Of a DNA stretch of 64,000 nt, positions 17,826 through 27,596 are shown one piece after another. The translations under genes were made by a program, and so were the position numbers. How positions within the stretch are numbered: the first letter of the stretch is position 1; every line of letters starts with the position of its first letter. The stretch is taken from contig CAVSXK010000024.1 of the NCBI GenBank assembly GCA_963731925.1, forward strand, positions 64,147 through 128,146, read 5' to 3'. The notes below the pieces were generated by a model. It was not told the origin of the DNA. It ran no database searches and saw nothing but the letters and a program-made list of their open reading frames with translations. This DNA is from an uncultured Actinomycetes bacterium (GTDB lineage Bacteria > Actinomycetota > UBA4738 > HRBIN12).

Positions 17826-18301
17826 AGCTTGTACCCGAAGCGTCGCAGCATCTGCTTGCGCTCGACCTCGTCGTCATGGGTCTCGACCCCTGCGGGCGGC
17901 GAGCCGTCGATCACGCCGAGCACGCCGCGGCCCTGCTCGGTCTGCCCGACCACGACCTCGAGCGGGTTCGCCGTCGCGCAGAAGACGCGACATACCTCGG
18001 GCACCGACTTGATCGCGTTCAGCACGTTGATGGGGAACCCATCCCGCAGCGCGAGGACGAACAGGTGTCCGGCGCCGATCGCCTGCGCGTTCCGAGTGGA
18101 GATGTCCACGAGCTCGTCGTCGTTGCCGCTCCGACGGACCAGCCGAGGTCCGCTCGCCTCGTTGAACGCGATCCCGAACCTCAGCCCCGGGACGTTGACG
18201 CACGCCTCGTGGAGGTCCTCGACCGTCTTGATGAAGTGAGATTGACCCAGGATGACGTTCAGATCGTCGGGCTTGTCGAACGTGACGGTGGTGATGTCCA
18301 C
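17822..18301 (-). CDS. conserved hypothetical protein co-transcribed with the PAS kinase (possibly adenosine-specific-kinase-like, PF04008; function unverified)
   Basis: 159 aa with balanced composition (MDITTVTFDKPDDLNVILGQSHFIKTVEDLHEA...). Stop overlaps the kinase start (ATGA). Confidence 0.55.
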   Translation of the reverse strand: MDITTVTFDKPDDLNVILGQSHFIKTVEDLHEACVNVPGLRFGIAFNEASGPRLVRRSGNDDELVDISTRNAQAIGAGHLFVLALRDGFPINVLNAIKSVPEVCRVFCATANPLEVVVGQTEQGRGVLGVIDGSPPAGVETHDDEVERKQMLRRFGYKL

Positions 18302-18346
18302 CGGCGAACCCTCCTCGTCGTCGGGTGACCCATCGGGATCAGGTCG

Positions 18347-19516
18347 TCAGATCCCTTCGAGCCTGGAGAGTAGCCCGGCGAGCAACGAGATTCGAGGAAC
18401 CACGCTCGACAGATCGAGCCACTCCCTCGGCCCGTGGTCGTCCCCACCGATCGGTCCCAGCCCGTCCAGGGACGGCACGCCGGCCCCGGAGGTCGTGTTC
18501 GCGTCCGAGGCTCCACCGGTGGCCGCATCCTTCAGGTCGAACCCGAGTTCGGCCGCGACCTGGGTGGCGAGGGCCGCCAGCTTCGCTCCACCTTCCCCCT
18601 TCTCCATCGGCCGGTGCCATCCGTTGCCGATCGAGCGTACGGTCACGTCGGGCACGGTGTGCTCGTTCGCGATCGCCTCGACGGCCCTGCCGGCCTCCGC
18701 GAAGGTGGCCTCCTGCGGAGAACGCACGTCGACCTCGAGCACGCACCGTTCGGCGACGACGTTCGGACGCGTCCCTCCATGCACGACACCGACGTTCACG
18801 GTCACGCCCGGCCAGCGGCCGTTCAGCGCCTGCAGCGCGACCGTCTTGTGCGCCGCCTCGAGGATCGCACTCCTGCCGCGCTCGGGCTCGACACCGGCGT
18901 GCGCCGCGCGGCCCTCGATCTCGAGCCGGACGTCGAGCACCCCCTTGCGTGAGGAGACGATGTCGCCGTTCTCACGCGCGCCCTCCAGCACCAACGCCGC
19001 GTCGGCCCGCCCCGCCTCGGCGAGGATCGTCTCGCGGGACCAGGGGGAACCGATCTCTTCGTCCGGGTTGCAGATGTACGTGACCCTGCCGAAGTCCTCG
19101 AAGCCCGCCGCCTGCAGGACCTCGACCGCGAAGAAGCCCGTCAGGAGCCCGCCCTTCATGTCCGTGACACCGGGCCCGAACGCCCGGTCGCCGTCGGTCG
19201 CGAACGGGCGCTCGGCGACGGTCCCGGTGTCGAACACGGTGTCCGTGTGCCCGATCATCAGGACCCGTTTGCTGCCGCTGCCCTCGAGACGTCCGATCAC
19301 GAGGTCACCGAGCTGCTCCTGCCCCTCGTCGGGCTCGTGCCGCATCCGCTCGACGGCCCAGCCACCGCCCTCGAACCTCGCCTGACACAGATCGGCGATC
19401 ACGTTCACCCCGTCGGGGGTGTAGGAGCCACAGTCGACGTTCACCATCTCGCGGAGCGCGTCGACGAAGTCGTCGTACCGCTTCTGCGCGATGTCCCGTA
19501 GATCCGATGTCTCCAC
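18347..19516 (-). CDS. M20-family metallopeptidase (carboxypeptidase G2 / ArgE-DapE-like)
   Basis: Metal-binding motifs HTDTV, GPGVTDMKGG, NPDEEIGS. Dimerisation-domain region present. Confidence 0.85.
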   Translation of the reverse strand: METSDLRDIAQKRYDDFVDALREMVNVDCGSYTPDGVNVIADLCQARFEGGGWAVERMRHEPDEGQEQLGDLVIGRLEGSGSKRVLMIGHTDTVFDTGTVAERPFATDGDRAFGPGVTDMKGGLLTGFFAVEVLQAAGFEDFGRVTYICNPDEEIGSPWSRETILAEAGRADAALVLEGARENGDIVSSRKGVLDVRLEIEGRAAHAGVEPERGRSAILEAAHKTVALQALNGRWPGVTVNVGVVHGGTRPNVVAERCVLEVDVRSPQEATFAEAGRAVEAIANEHTVPDVTVRSIGNGWHRPMEKGEGGAKLAALATQVAAELGFDLKDAATGGASDANTTSGAGVPSLDGLGPIGGDDHGPREWLDLSSVVPRISLLAGLLSRLEGI

Positions 19517-19628
19517 CGACCACGCACCTCCGGGCGGGTGAACGGAGCGCTCATCCTATCGCTCGGACTTTCGCTCGATCCTTTCGTTCGATCCCTTCGT
19601 TCGATCGGGGCCCGGTACCATCCGGCGC

Positions 19629-20300
19629 GTGGCTCGACGCGGGGACCTCAACGGGTGGTGGTTGCTCGGCATCGCCGTGGTCGGCTTCTTCTGGCGGATC
19701 GCGTTCCGGCCCCGCGTCGAGGGGGCCGGACGAGTTCCCTCAACGGGACCCGCGATCGTGGCCGCCAACCACGTGTCGGCGCTTGACGGCGTCGTCCTCG
19801 CGCTCACCACGAGCTCGCGCAGCAGGCGGATGACCCGGTTCCTGGTGGCGGCGGAGTTCTTCCGGAGGATCCGCTTCGGATGGGCGCTCCGGTTGTACCG
19901 TCAGATCCCCATCCGCCGCGGCGAGCGCGATCAGGGCGCCCTCGACGTGGCGATCGAGACGATCCGCGACGGAGCGCTCGCCGGCATCTTCCCGGAGGGA
20001 ACGGTCAATCCGGAGCCGGAGACGGGCCTGTCCCGAGGTCGCAGGGGTGCCGCTCGGATCGCGCTCGCGACAGGAGCACCCGTCGTCCCGGTCGGGATCT
20101 GGGGCACGCAGGATCGATGGCCGAAGTCCGGCCTTCACATCCGGCGTCCGTGGCGTCCGGTGGTTGCCGTCTCGTACGGCGAACCGATCTCTCCGAAGGG
20201 GGCGCCGGACTCGCCCGGGGACGTCCTCGCCTTCACCGACCTCGTCATGGCCGCGATCGCCGAGCAGACAGAACAGGCGAGGAAGCTCGCGGAGGCATAG
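19629..20300 (+). CDS. plsC: 1-acyl-sn-glycerol-3-phosphate acyltransferase (PlsC / LPLAT family)
   Basis: HxxxxD acyltransferase motif (ANHVSALDG). FPEGTV motif. VPVGIWGT. Confidence 0.85.
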   Translation: MARRGDLNGWWLLGIAVVGFFWRIAFRPRVEGAGRVPSTGPAIVAANHVSALDGVVLALTTSSRSRRMTRFLVAAEFFRRIRFGWALRLYRQIPIRRGERDQGALDVAIETIRDGALAGIFPEGTVNPEPETGLSRGRRGAARIALATGAPVVPVGIWGTQDRWPKSGLHIRRPWRPVVAVSYGEPISPKGAPDSPGDVLAFTDLVMAAIAEQTEQARKLAEA

Positions 20301-20306
20301 CGAGCA

Positions 20307-20943
20307 TCAGCCGACGTGGTCCGTGAACCACGCGGCCGCGAGCTCGGCAACACGATCCAACCCACCGGGCTCCTCGAACAGGTGGGTGGCTCCGGGGACG
20401 ATCTCGAGCCGCGTCTCGCACCGCATCCGAGCCTGAGCGGCTCGGTTCAACCCCAGGACCTGACGGTCCAGGCCTCCGACGACGAACAGGGTCGGAGCCG
20501 TGACACGTTCGAGCGCCTCCCCCGCCAGATCCGGCCGGCCACCGCGGGAGACGATCGCCGTGATGTCCGGTGTGCGCGGCCGCGACGACGAGGGCCGCGG
20601 CGGCGCCGGTGCTCGCGCCGAACAGATCCACCGGCAACCCGTCGAGCTCCGACCGGCCCCGGACCCATCCGACCGCCGCACCGAGCCGCCGGGCGAGCAG
20701 CTCGATGTCGAAAGCCTTCCGTCGCTCCTCGGCCTCCGCGTCGGTCAACAGATCGAACAGCAGCGTTCCGAGACCTTCGCGATGCAGCCGGTCGGCGACG
20801 CGCACGTTCCGCGGAGAGCGCCGGCTCGAACCGCTGCCGTGGGCGAACACCACGACGGCGATCGCCTGCCCGGGGATCGTCAGATCGCCGGGCAGGGCTA
20901 CCCCGTCGGACTCGACGGTCACGGATCGAGAACGGGCATCCAC
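20307..20943 (-). CDS. dienelactone hydrolase family protein; frameshifted near 20630
   Basis: N-terminal half in frame of 20245..20943 (AVVVFAHGSGSS...DLFGASTGAAAAL). C-terminal half in frame of 20307..20681 (ITAIVSRGGRPDLAGEALERVTAPTLFVVGGLDRQV...IVPGATHLFEE). Confidence 0.65.
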
Positions 20944-20970
20944 GACGTTGTCGGCAACAGCGTAAAGCGA

Positions 20971-21002
20971 GAGGGCCGGCCCGCCTGAGCGGGCCGGCCC
21001 TC
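20971..21002. terminator. perfect 14-bp GC-rich hairpin (GAGGGCCGGCCCGC-ctga-GCGGGCCGGCCCTC) downstream of the sigma factor gene
   Basis: Seen directly. Stem 20971-20984 / 20989-21002 with a 4-nt loop. Located between the sigma-70 gene stop (21032) and the DLH gene start (20943). On the minus strand it is followed only by a weak CTTTAC T-tract. Confidence 0.5.
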
Positions 21003-21031
21003 CCGGGCGACTCCGGTGGACACCGTCGTCG

Positions 21032-21964
21032 TCACATAGCGGCGACGGCGGAGATCAGGTTCGAATCGCGGAGCTTGCGCAGCGCTTCGCGTTCGATCAG
21101 CCGGACGCGCTCGCCCGAGAGCCCGAGCACCTTGCCGGTCTCCCGAAGGGACAGCGGCTGCCCGTTCTCCAGACCGTAGCGGAGCGCCACGACGTGACGC
21201 TCACGCTCGTCCAGCACGCGGTCGACCGCCGTGCCGATCTCCTCGCGGAGCAGGGCGTCCTCGACCTCGTTGAACGCGGCGTCCGAGTCGACCTCCTCGA
21301 TCAGGTCGCCGAGCTCGGTGTCCTCGCCCACGGGCGACTGCAGCGACAGCGGCTCGCGCCGACCCATCTCGGTCAGGTCGTCGATCTCGTCGACCGTCGT
21401 GTCCAGCGCCTTCGCGAGCTCGTCGCGACTGGGCTCGCGTCCCATGGACTGGGCGAACTGGAAGCGCGTGCGGTTCAGCTTCCGGAGGCGGTCGTGGATG
21501 TGCACCGGCAGCCGGATCGAACGCGAGCGATCGGCGATCGCGCGCGTGATCCCCTGGCGGATCCACCACGTCGCGTACGTGGAGAACTTGAACCCGCGGC
21601 GCCAGTCGAACAGCTCGACGGCCCGCATCAGCCCGATGTTGCCCTCCTGGATCAGGTCGAGCAGCGGGAGTCCCTGGCCCTGGTACTTGCGGGCTACGGA
21701 GACGACCAGCCGCAGGTTGGCCATGATGAATCGCTGTCGGGCCGCCTCCGCCTTCCGGACCTCCTGGCGGGCCTTCATGATGGATCGTTCCGAACGCAGA
21801 CGGCCGGCGCGGAGACGCTCCTCCGCTTCCTTGCCGTGCTCGATCAGGATGGCGAGCTCGACCTCCTCCTCCTTCGTGAGGAGTGGCTCGCGCGCCGCCG
21901 CCTCCAGGTACAGCCGGAGATCGTCGGCGTCATCCGTGCCGAGCGGACGTGCAGGTTCTGGCAT
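21032..21964 (-). CDS. RNA polymerase sigma-70 family factor (group 2 / SigB-HrdB-like, regions 1.2-4)
   Basis: Region 2 ([35 protein letters not shown]). Region 3. Region 4 HTH ([29 protein letters not shown]). 310 aa. Confidence 0.9.
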   Translation of the reverse strand: MPEPARPLGTDDADDLRLYLEAAAREPLLTKEEEVELAILIEHGKEAEERLRAGRLRSERSIMKARQEVRKAEAARQRFIMANLRLVVSVARKYQGQGLPLLDLIQEGNIGLMRAVELFDWRRGFKFSTYATWWIRQGITRAIADRSRSIRLPVHIHDRLRKLNRTRFQFAQSMGREPSRDELAKALDTTVDEIDDLTEMGRREPLSLQSPVGEDTELGDLIEEVDSDAAFNEVEDALLREEIGTAVDRVLDERERHVVALRYGLENGQPLSLRETGKVLGLSGERVRLIEREALRKLRDSNLISAVAAM

Positions 21965-22295
21965 GAACTCACTCTCCTCCTCGAAGCTCCCATGTGGAGC
22001 GTGCTTCGCCCCCGGAAGTCTTCGGGACCGTTCTCAGTCGACAGGGCCCCGGGCATAAGAAGACCGGCCTCCCCGGGCCACCGGGAAGCCATGCTAGCCG
22101 CACCCCTGCGCCCCTGTAAAGCCGACATACATGTAGACATCGTGGAGATACCCAGTATTCCCCGATCCGTGCCTGCCGGGGGCATATCGGGGCGGATCAT
22201 CCTCGCACGTTCACCCGATGGCCTCGGCGACGACCCGCTCCGGCCACCCTGCTCGGGTTCGATGGGTGGAGGTCTTCGAGCCAAAAGGAGGCGGC

Positions 22296-22511
22296 ATGGA
22301 CAGCGAGACCCTTGAGGGCGACCTCGACCTCATCCTCGGACCGCCGGCGAACGCCGAGCCGGTCGGCGAGTGGGACTGGGAGCCGCCCCTGGGGACGACC
22401 GTCCCGACGGCGAGCTCGGCGTACGAGCCCGAGGAGCCCGAGGAGGCCGAGACGGCCGACGAGGCCGACTCCGGGGCGTCGGACGACGAGGACGACGAAG
22501 AGGACGACTGA
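22296..22511 (+). CDS. small highly acidic hypothetical protein (71 aa)
   Basis: AGGAGG SD 5 nt upstream of ATG 22296. The long track ORF from 22218 likely starts here. C-terminal poly-D/E tail. Confidence 0.5.
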   Translation: MDSETLEGDLDLILGPPANAEPVGEWDWEPPLGTTVPTASSAYEPEEPEEAETADEADSGASDDEDDEEDD

Positions 22512-22623
22512 GCCTTCCCCGGTTCAACGGACGGAGGGGGCGGTCCGGGCCGTCCCCTCCTTCGCGTCGCGAGCCATCCAACGCCTGACCTATGCGACCC
22601 GCAAGCCGCCCGTACCGCTCTCC

Positions 22624-23946
22624 TCAGGCCGCGCGGACCGACAGGACGGGCGCGAGGTCTCGAGCGACGAGCCTCCAGGTCGCGCCGGCATCGGTGGACC
22701 CGAACACCTCACCCGACGTCGCACCGAACCACAGGCCCAGCGGATCGCCGTCGTCGCGGGCGAACGCCTGGCGGAGGATCGTGAGATACGCATCGGTCTG
22801 CGGGAGGCCATCCGTCCGACCCCTCCACGTCGCGCCCGCGTCGCGGGTCTCGAACACCCGCAGGCGTCCCTCGGCGGAGACGCGGTCGAGGTCGGAGTTG
22901 AGCGGGATCACGTAGGCGGAATCCGGATCGTTCGGATCGACCGCCATCGGGAACCCGAAGTCGCTGGGCAGGCCCTGGGCGATGCTCGTCCAGGTGAGCC
23001 CGGCGTCGTCGGATCGATAGACGCCGCCGTGGAACTGCATGAAGAGGCGTTCGGGCATCCGTGGGGCGCGGTGCAGGTTGTGGACGCACCTGCCGAGCGG
23101 CTGTGACCGCGCTTCCTCCGGGAGGTAACGGGCAACGATCCCGGCGTTGCCGACCTCCCAGGACGTCCCCCCGTCCTCGGTGATCCAGACACCGACGGCC
23201 GAGATGCCGACGGCGAGCCGATCGGGCTCGCCGGGCCACGGGCAGATCGAGTGCAAGCAGAGTCCACCTGCCCCCGGGCCCCACTCGGACCGGCTCGGCT
23301 GGTCCCACAGGGGCCGGTTCAGCTCCCAGGTCATGCCGCCGTCTCGGCTCTCGAACAGCGCGGCCGGGTCGACCCCCGCGTAGACGACGCCGTCTGCCTC
23401 ACCGGGGGTGACCACCCAGGTGCGAACGAGGGTGGTGTCCGTGTCTTCGGGGAACCGGGGGCCGTCCGTCTGTTCCCACGCTCCCGTCGGATCGTCGGTC
23501 AGGTAGACGCGCGGCCCGAACTGCCCGTGGGTCACGCTGGCGAAGTAGCGGCCGGTCCGAGGGTCACGGATGGCGAACTCGACCGAGCTGCCGGGGAATG
23601 CCCGAGCGGCGATGTCGATCTCGCCCCCGCGATCGCCGCGCAGGACGAAGAGGCCCTTCCTCGTTCCGACCAGCAGCTCCGTCTCGGCTCCGCCGGACAC
23701 CGCGCCGACGATCTCGATGCGGTCCGCGCTCGCGACGGGCGCGGAGCCGTCCACGCGTTCGCCTCCGAGGAACACCGCGACGTGCTGACGGACACGCCCT
23801 CGATCGTCGAGGGTCCAGCCGCCCAGGGCCGGGTGCGACCGCTCCAGCTCCCGGAGGACCTCGGCGACCGTTCCGCCCTCGACGATCACCTCTCGGTTGC
23901 CCTCGGCGAGCTCGCGCAGGGGCGGGCGCAGTCGGACGATCGCCAT
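22624..23946 (-). CDS. MoaD/ThiS-like ubiquitin-fold domain fused to a BNR/Asp-box repeat beta-propeller (sialidase / Ycf48-like fold)
   Basis: 440 aa from ATG 23946. Residues 1-87 are a canonical MoaD (MAIVRLRPPLRELAEGNREVIVEGGTVAEVL...VFLGGERV...RIEIVGAVSGG). It continues without a stop into five SxDxGxTW repeats (SRDGGMTWE, TEDGGTSWE, SDDAGLTWT, TRDAGATWR, STDAGATWR). No signal peptide. Confidence 0.7.
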   Translation of the reverse strand: MAIVRLRPPLRELAEGNREVIVEGGTVAEVLRELERSHPALGGWTLDDRGRVRQHVAVFLGGERVDGSAPVASADRIEIVGAVSGGAETELLVGTRKGLFVLRGDRGGEIDIAARAFPGSSVEFAIRDPRTGRYFASVTHGQFGPRVYLTDDPTGAWEQTDGPRFPEDTDTTLVRTWVVTPGEADGVVYAGVDPAALFESRDGGMTWELNRPLWDQPSRSEWGPGAGGLCLHSICPWPGEPDRLAVGISAVGVWITEDGGTSWEVGNAGIVARYLPEEARSQPLGRCVHNLHRAPRMPERLFMQFHGGVYRSDDAGLTWTSIAQGLPSDFGFPMAVDPNDPDSAYVIPLNSDLDRVSAEGRLRVFETRDAGATWRGRTDGLPQTDAYLTILRQAFARDDGDPLGLWFGATSGEVFGSTDAGATWRLVARDLAPVLSVRAA

Positions 23947-24058
23947 CGCCCCCGAGTCTAGAGGCGGGACGGGGTGGAAGGGGGTTCTCCTTCCTGCCGA
24001 CCGCGAGCTCGTCAACGCACCGGGACGAGGTCGTCGGCGGTGCGCATCCGGGGGCATC

Positions 24059-24988
24059 ATGGCGGTCGGAGGTCGCCGATCACCCATGCGGATCGAGATG
24101 CCCGAGAGCCGGTTCGCGGACCTGGACGGTCCCGTGCACTTCGTCGAGTGGGACGGGCCGCCGGGGAGGACGATCGTGCTCGTGCACGGGCTCGGCGGAT
24201 CGCTGCTGTCGTGGCTCGCCGTCGCCCCCGGCCTGGCGAAGCACGGACGGGTGCTCGCCCTCGATCTCCCCGGCTTCGGTCGCAGCGACCGGGGCGGCCG
24301 CCGGAGCCGCGTGAGCGATCTCCGGACCACGGTGTCGAGGTTCATCGACGAGGTTGCGGACGGAGGACCCGTCGTGCTCGTCGGGAACTCGATGGGCGGA
24401 GGGATCTCGATGCTCGAGGCAGCGCTGGAGCCCGCGGCGGTCGAGGCGCTCGTCCTGTCGAACTCGGTCTTCCCGTGGAAGCGCGGGTCGACGCTCCCGG
24501 CGCCGATCGTCATGCTCGGCTTCGCCCTGTACGAGTTGCCCCGCGTCGGCGAATGGGCCTCGCGTCAGCGCGTGACGCGCCTGGAAGCCGAGCGAGCCGT
24601 CCGGCTGGGGCTCCGCATCATCGCGGCGGACCCGTCGACGATCCCGCCGGACCTAGTGCGCCTGCACGTCGATCAACTGGTGCGTCAGCAACAGGATCCC
24701 GACGCCGGGGCGGCATTCCTCGAGGCCGCCCGGTCGCTCCTGGCGCTCGGCCGGCGGAGGGAGGTCGTGCGGTGGATCGTCGGGTCGGTGAAGTGCCCCG
24801 TGCTCGTGATCCACGGGCGCGAGGACCGGCTCGTGCCGCTCGGGTTCGCCTTGGGGGCGCTCGAGATGCGGCCCGATTGGGACGTGCGGCTGATCCCCAA
24901 GGTGGGTCACGTGCCGCAGATGGAAGCGCCCGAACGATGGCTCGCCGCCGTCGACGATTGGTTGGGGCGACTCACGGCGCCGCCCTAG
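24059..24988 (+). CDS. alpha/beta-fold hydrolase
   Basis: HGLGGS oxyanion region. Nucleophile elbow GNSMGG. C-terminal His region (PKVGHVPQMEAP). Start at ATG 24059; 24086 also possible. Confidence 0.8.
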   Translation: MAVGGRRSPMRIEMPESRFADLDGPVHFVEWDGPPGRTIVLVHGLGGSLLSWLAVAPGLAKHGRVLALDLPGFGRSDRGGRRSRVSDLRTTVSRFIDEVADGGPVVLVGNSMGGGISMLEAALEPAAVEALVLSNSVFPWKRGSTLPAPIVMLGFALYELPRVGEWASRQRVTRLEAERAVRLGLRIIAADPSTIPPDLVRLHVDQLVRQQQDPDAGAAFLEAARSLLALGRRREVVRWIVGSVKCPVLVIHGREDRLVPLGFALGALEMRPDWDVRLIPKVGHVPQMEAPERWLAAVDDWLGRLTAPP

Positions 24989-25029
24989 GAGTCGGTCTCC
25001 GGGCATCGTTGGCTGGGGAGGGACGGCTC

Positions 25030-26424
25030 TCAGAGCCCGGCGGCCTTCGAGACCTCTGAGAGCGACTCCTCGAGCGCGAACGCGAGCCGCGGCAGATCGG
25101 GCATGCCGTCGTAGTCGCCGGTCAGGCCGAACGCCATCGTGCCACCGATGGACGTGCAGGCGATCGAGAGCGCCGAGTTCTCGCCGAGCGGGAGCGAGGG
25201 GTACTGCGCGACCAGCTTGGCGCCGGCCATGTACATCGGCTGGGGCGGGCCGGGGATGTTCGAGACGACCAGGTTGAACCACGGTCCCCGGCTCGCCAGG
25301 CGCGCGGCCGCGGCGAGCAGGCCACCCGGTGCGTACGCGCCGAGCCCGATGATCGCGTCGGCGCTCATGGCCATCATCGAGTCCTTCAGATAGCTCGTCC
25401 CCTCCCGCACGACGGCGAGGCGTCGCTTCGGACCCATCGCGCCGACCGGCAGGTCGATGAACGCCGGCGCCACACGGTTGCCGAGCGAGGCGTCACGTCC
25501 CCCCTGCACCGAGACCGGCACCATCACGCGCAACGTCCTGCCGCGCGTCGGTTCCCTCCGGTCGCGCAGCAGCCGATGCAGGGCGCCACCGACGACCGTG
25601 AGCACGACGTCGTTCACCGTCCCGCCGAGGACGTCCTTGATCTCCTTGAACCGCTGGAGCGGCGCGTCGGCGATCGCGAACCGGCGGTTCGGACCGATCT
25701 GCACGTCGAGCGGTGACGTCGGCCGCGCGCCCATGTCGACGATGCTGCGGAACCCGGACAGGACCGTGCCCACGTCGAGCGCCGCCAGGGCGGGCGATCG
25801 GCGAACCGTGTCGACGCCGTTCATGAGCGCCTGGACCGGATGGGAGAACAGCGATTCGGTGGCCTCGCGCAGCAGATCTCGTGACGACGGTTCGGGTTCG
25901 GGCTCCCAGGCGGGAGGCGGAGGTTCCTCCCGTGGCTCAGGCGAGAGGTCGAACAGCGCCGCCGTGAGGTGCATGCCCGACAGCCCGTCGATCATCGCGT
26001 GGTGCACCTTCATGAGCGTCGCGACGTGTCCGTCCTCCAGGCCCTCGATCACGTAGAGCTCCCAGAGCGGCTTCGACCGGTCGAGCGGCCGGGAGAGGAT
26101 CCGCTGGACCTGCTCGGCCAGCTCCACCCGGCCCCCCGGGTGCGGGAGCGCCGCGCGACGGATGTGGAAGTCCAGGTCGAACGCGGGGTCATCGACCCAG
26201 ACCGGCAACGCGAGCCCGAACGGCACCATCTTGACCTTCTGCCGCAGACGCGGCGCCAGGTGCAGGCGCGAGGCGAACACCGACACGACGTCCTCGAATC
26301 GCAGCCTGCCGTCGGGCCGGGTCGTCGGATCGAGCACGGACAGCCCGGCGACGTGCATGTGCATCGCCGGTCGCTCCAGGTACAGGAACGACGCGTCGAG
26401 CGCGGTGAGGCGTTCGGTGGCCAT
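25030..26424 (-). CDS. wax ester synthase / acyl-CoA:diacylglycerol acyltransferase (WS/DGAT)
   Basis: 464 aa. Catalytic HHxxxDG motif (HHAMIDGLSG). Typical WS/DGAT length and C-terminal domain. Confidence 0.9.
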   Translation of the reverse strand: MATERLTALDASFLYLERPAMHMHVAGLSVLDPTTRPDGRLRFEDVVSVFASRLHLAPRLRQKVKMVPFGLALPVWVDDPAFDLDFHIRRAALPHPGGRVELAEQVQRILSRPLDRSKPLWELYVIEGLEDGHVATLMKVHHAMIDGLSGMHLTAALFDLSPEPREEPPPPAWEPEPEPSSRDLLREATESLFSHPVQALMNGVDTVRRSPALAALDVGTVLSGFRSIVDMGARPTSPLDVQIGPNRRFAIADAPLQRFKEIKDVLGGTVNDVVLTVVGGALHRLLRDRREPTRGRTLRVMVPVSVQGGRDASLGNRVAPAFIDLPVGAMGPKRRLAVVREGTSYLKDSMMAMSADAIIGLGAYAPGGLLAAAARLASRGPWFNLVVSNIPGPPQPMYMAGAKLVAQYPSLPLGENSALSIACTSIGGTMAFGLTGDYDGMPDLPRLAFALEESLSEVSKAAGL

Positions 26425-26687
26425 GACCCCAACCTACCGCTCCACGACCGGGGTGGGACCGGTGCTAGCCTCGCCCGCGGTGCGCGACGCCTGCGCGCCG
26501 TCACCCTGCTCGCATTCCCCCTCGCGCTCGCCCTCCCCGTGACACCGGCGCGGGCGACGAGGGGTGAGGCAGGTCGTGCCCGGGTTGCCGCCTCGCCTAG
26601 GGTTCCCTCCGCCGGATGTCGAGAACGCCTCGACGGCTCCGACCCAGTCGTGTCGCAGCCACCGGTGCAGGCGAAGGGAGTGACGGG

Positions 26688-27059
26688 ATGAAGTACATGA
26701 TCATGATGTTCGGAGACCAGGCAACGATGGTCGAGACCCGGTCGACGGAGTGGATCAAGGGGATGATCCGGTTCATGACGGACCTCGACCAGGAGCTCGC
26801 GGACTCGGGCGAGCTTGCCGCGAGCGAGGGCCTGGCCGATCCCACACAGGCCATGACCGTCCGGTTCGATCACGGAACGCCGGTCCCGACCGACGGTCCG
26901 TTCGCCGAGGCCAAGGAGTCGCTCGCCGGCTACTTGATCGTCGACGTCGAGGACGAGGCTCGCGCGCTCGAGATCGCATCGCGGATCGTCGCGGTCATCG
27001 AGGGACCGGTCGAGGTTCGACAGGTGATGGACGCGCCGCCGGAGGAGTACACCAGCTGA
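26688..27059 (+). CDS. YciI-like (YCII-related) small protein
   Basis: MKYMIMMFGDQ.... Conserved DGPFAEAKESLAGYLIVDVEDEARALEIAS...VEVRQVM. GAAGGGAG SD upstream of ATG 26688. Confidence 0.8.
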   Translation: MKYMIMMFGDQATMVETRSTEWIKGMIRFMTDLDQELADSGELAASEGLADPTQAMTVRFDHGTPVPTDGPFAEAKESLAGYLIVDVEDEARALEIASRIVAVIEGPVEVRQVMDAPPEEYTS

Positions 27060-27081
27060 TCCGACCGAGAGGAGAACCATC

Positions 27082-27576
27082 ATGCAGAAGATCACGCCGT
27101 TCCTGTGGTTCGACGACAAGGCCGAGGAGGCCGCCGAGCACTACGTGTCCGTGTTCAACGCCAGGCCCGGAACCGCTGGCGGTTCGGAGATCCTCGAGGT
27201 CTCCCGTTACGGCGAGGGCGGCCCGGGCAAGCCCGGCACGGCGATGACCGTGTCCTTCCGCCTGGAGGGTCAGGAGTTCACCGCCCTGAACGGCGGGCCG
27301 GACCACAACTTCACCGATGCCGTCTCGTTCCTCGTGAGCTGCGAGACGCAGGAGGAGGTCGACGCTTTCTGGTCGGCGCTCTCCGAGGGCGGCGAGGAAG
27401 GCCCGTGTGGCTGGCTCAAGGACCGGTACGGCCTGTCCTGGCAGATCATCCCGACCGCGCTGTCGGAGCTGCTCGGCGACCCCGACCCGGGGCGGTCGCA
27501 GCGGGCCCTGCAGGCGATGCTCCAGATGCGCAAGATCGACATCGCGGGCCTGCGGCGCGCCGCCGAGGCCGCCTAG
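27082..27576 (+). CDS. VOC-family protein (PhnB / 3-demethylubiquinone-9 methyltransferase-like glyoxalase fold)
   Basis: MQKITPFLWFDDKAEEAAEHYVSVF...GWLKDRYGLSWQIIP, characteristic of the PhnB-like VOC group. Confidence 0.8.
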   Translation: MQKITPFLWFDDKAEEAAEHYVSVFNARPGTAGGSEILEVSRYGEGGPGKPGTAMTVSFRLEGQEFTALNGGPDHNFTDAVSFLVSCETQEEVDAFWSALSEGGEEGPCGWLKDRYGLSWQIIPTALSELLGDPDPGRSQRALQAMLQMRKIDIAGLRRAAEAA

Positions 27577-27596
27577 CGATCGCTCGCGGTCCCGCC

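Noticed and set aside
21965-22295. 330-bp intergenic region upstream of the sigma-70 gene, checked for tRNA/sRNA
   Set aside because: No cloverleaf-compatible inverted repeats or conserved tRNA boxes. The AT-rich stretch (tacatgtagacatcgtggagatacccagtattcc) is more consistent with the sigma gene promoter/5'UTR.
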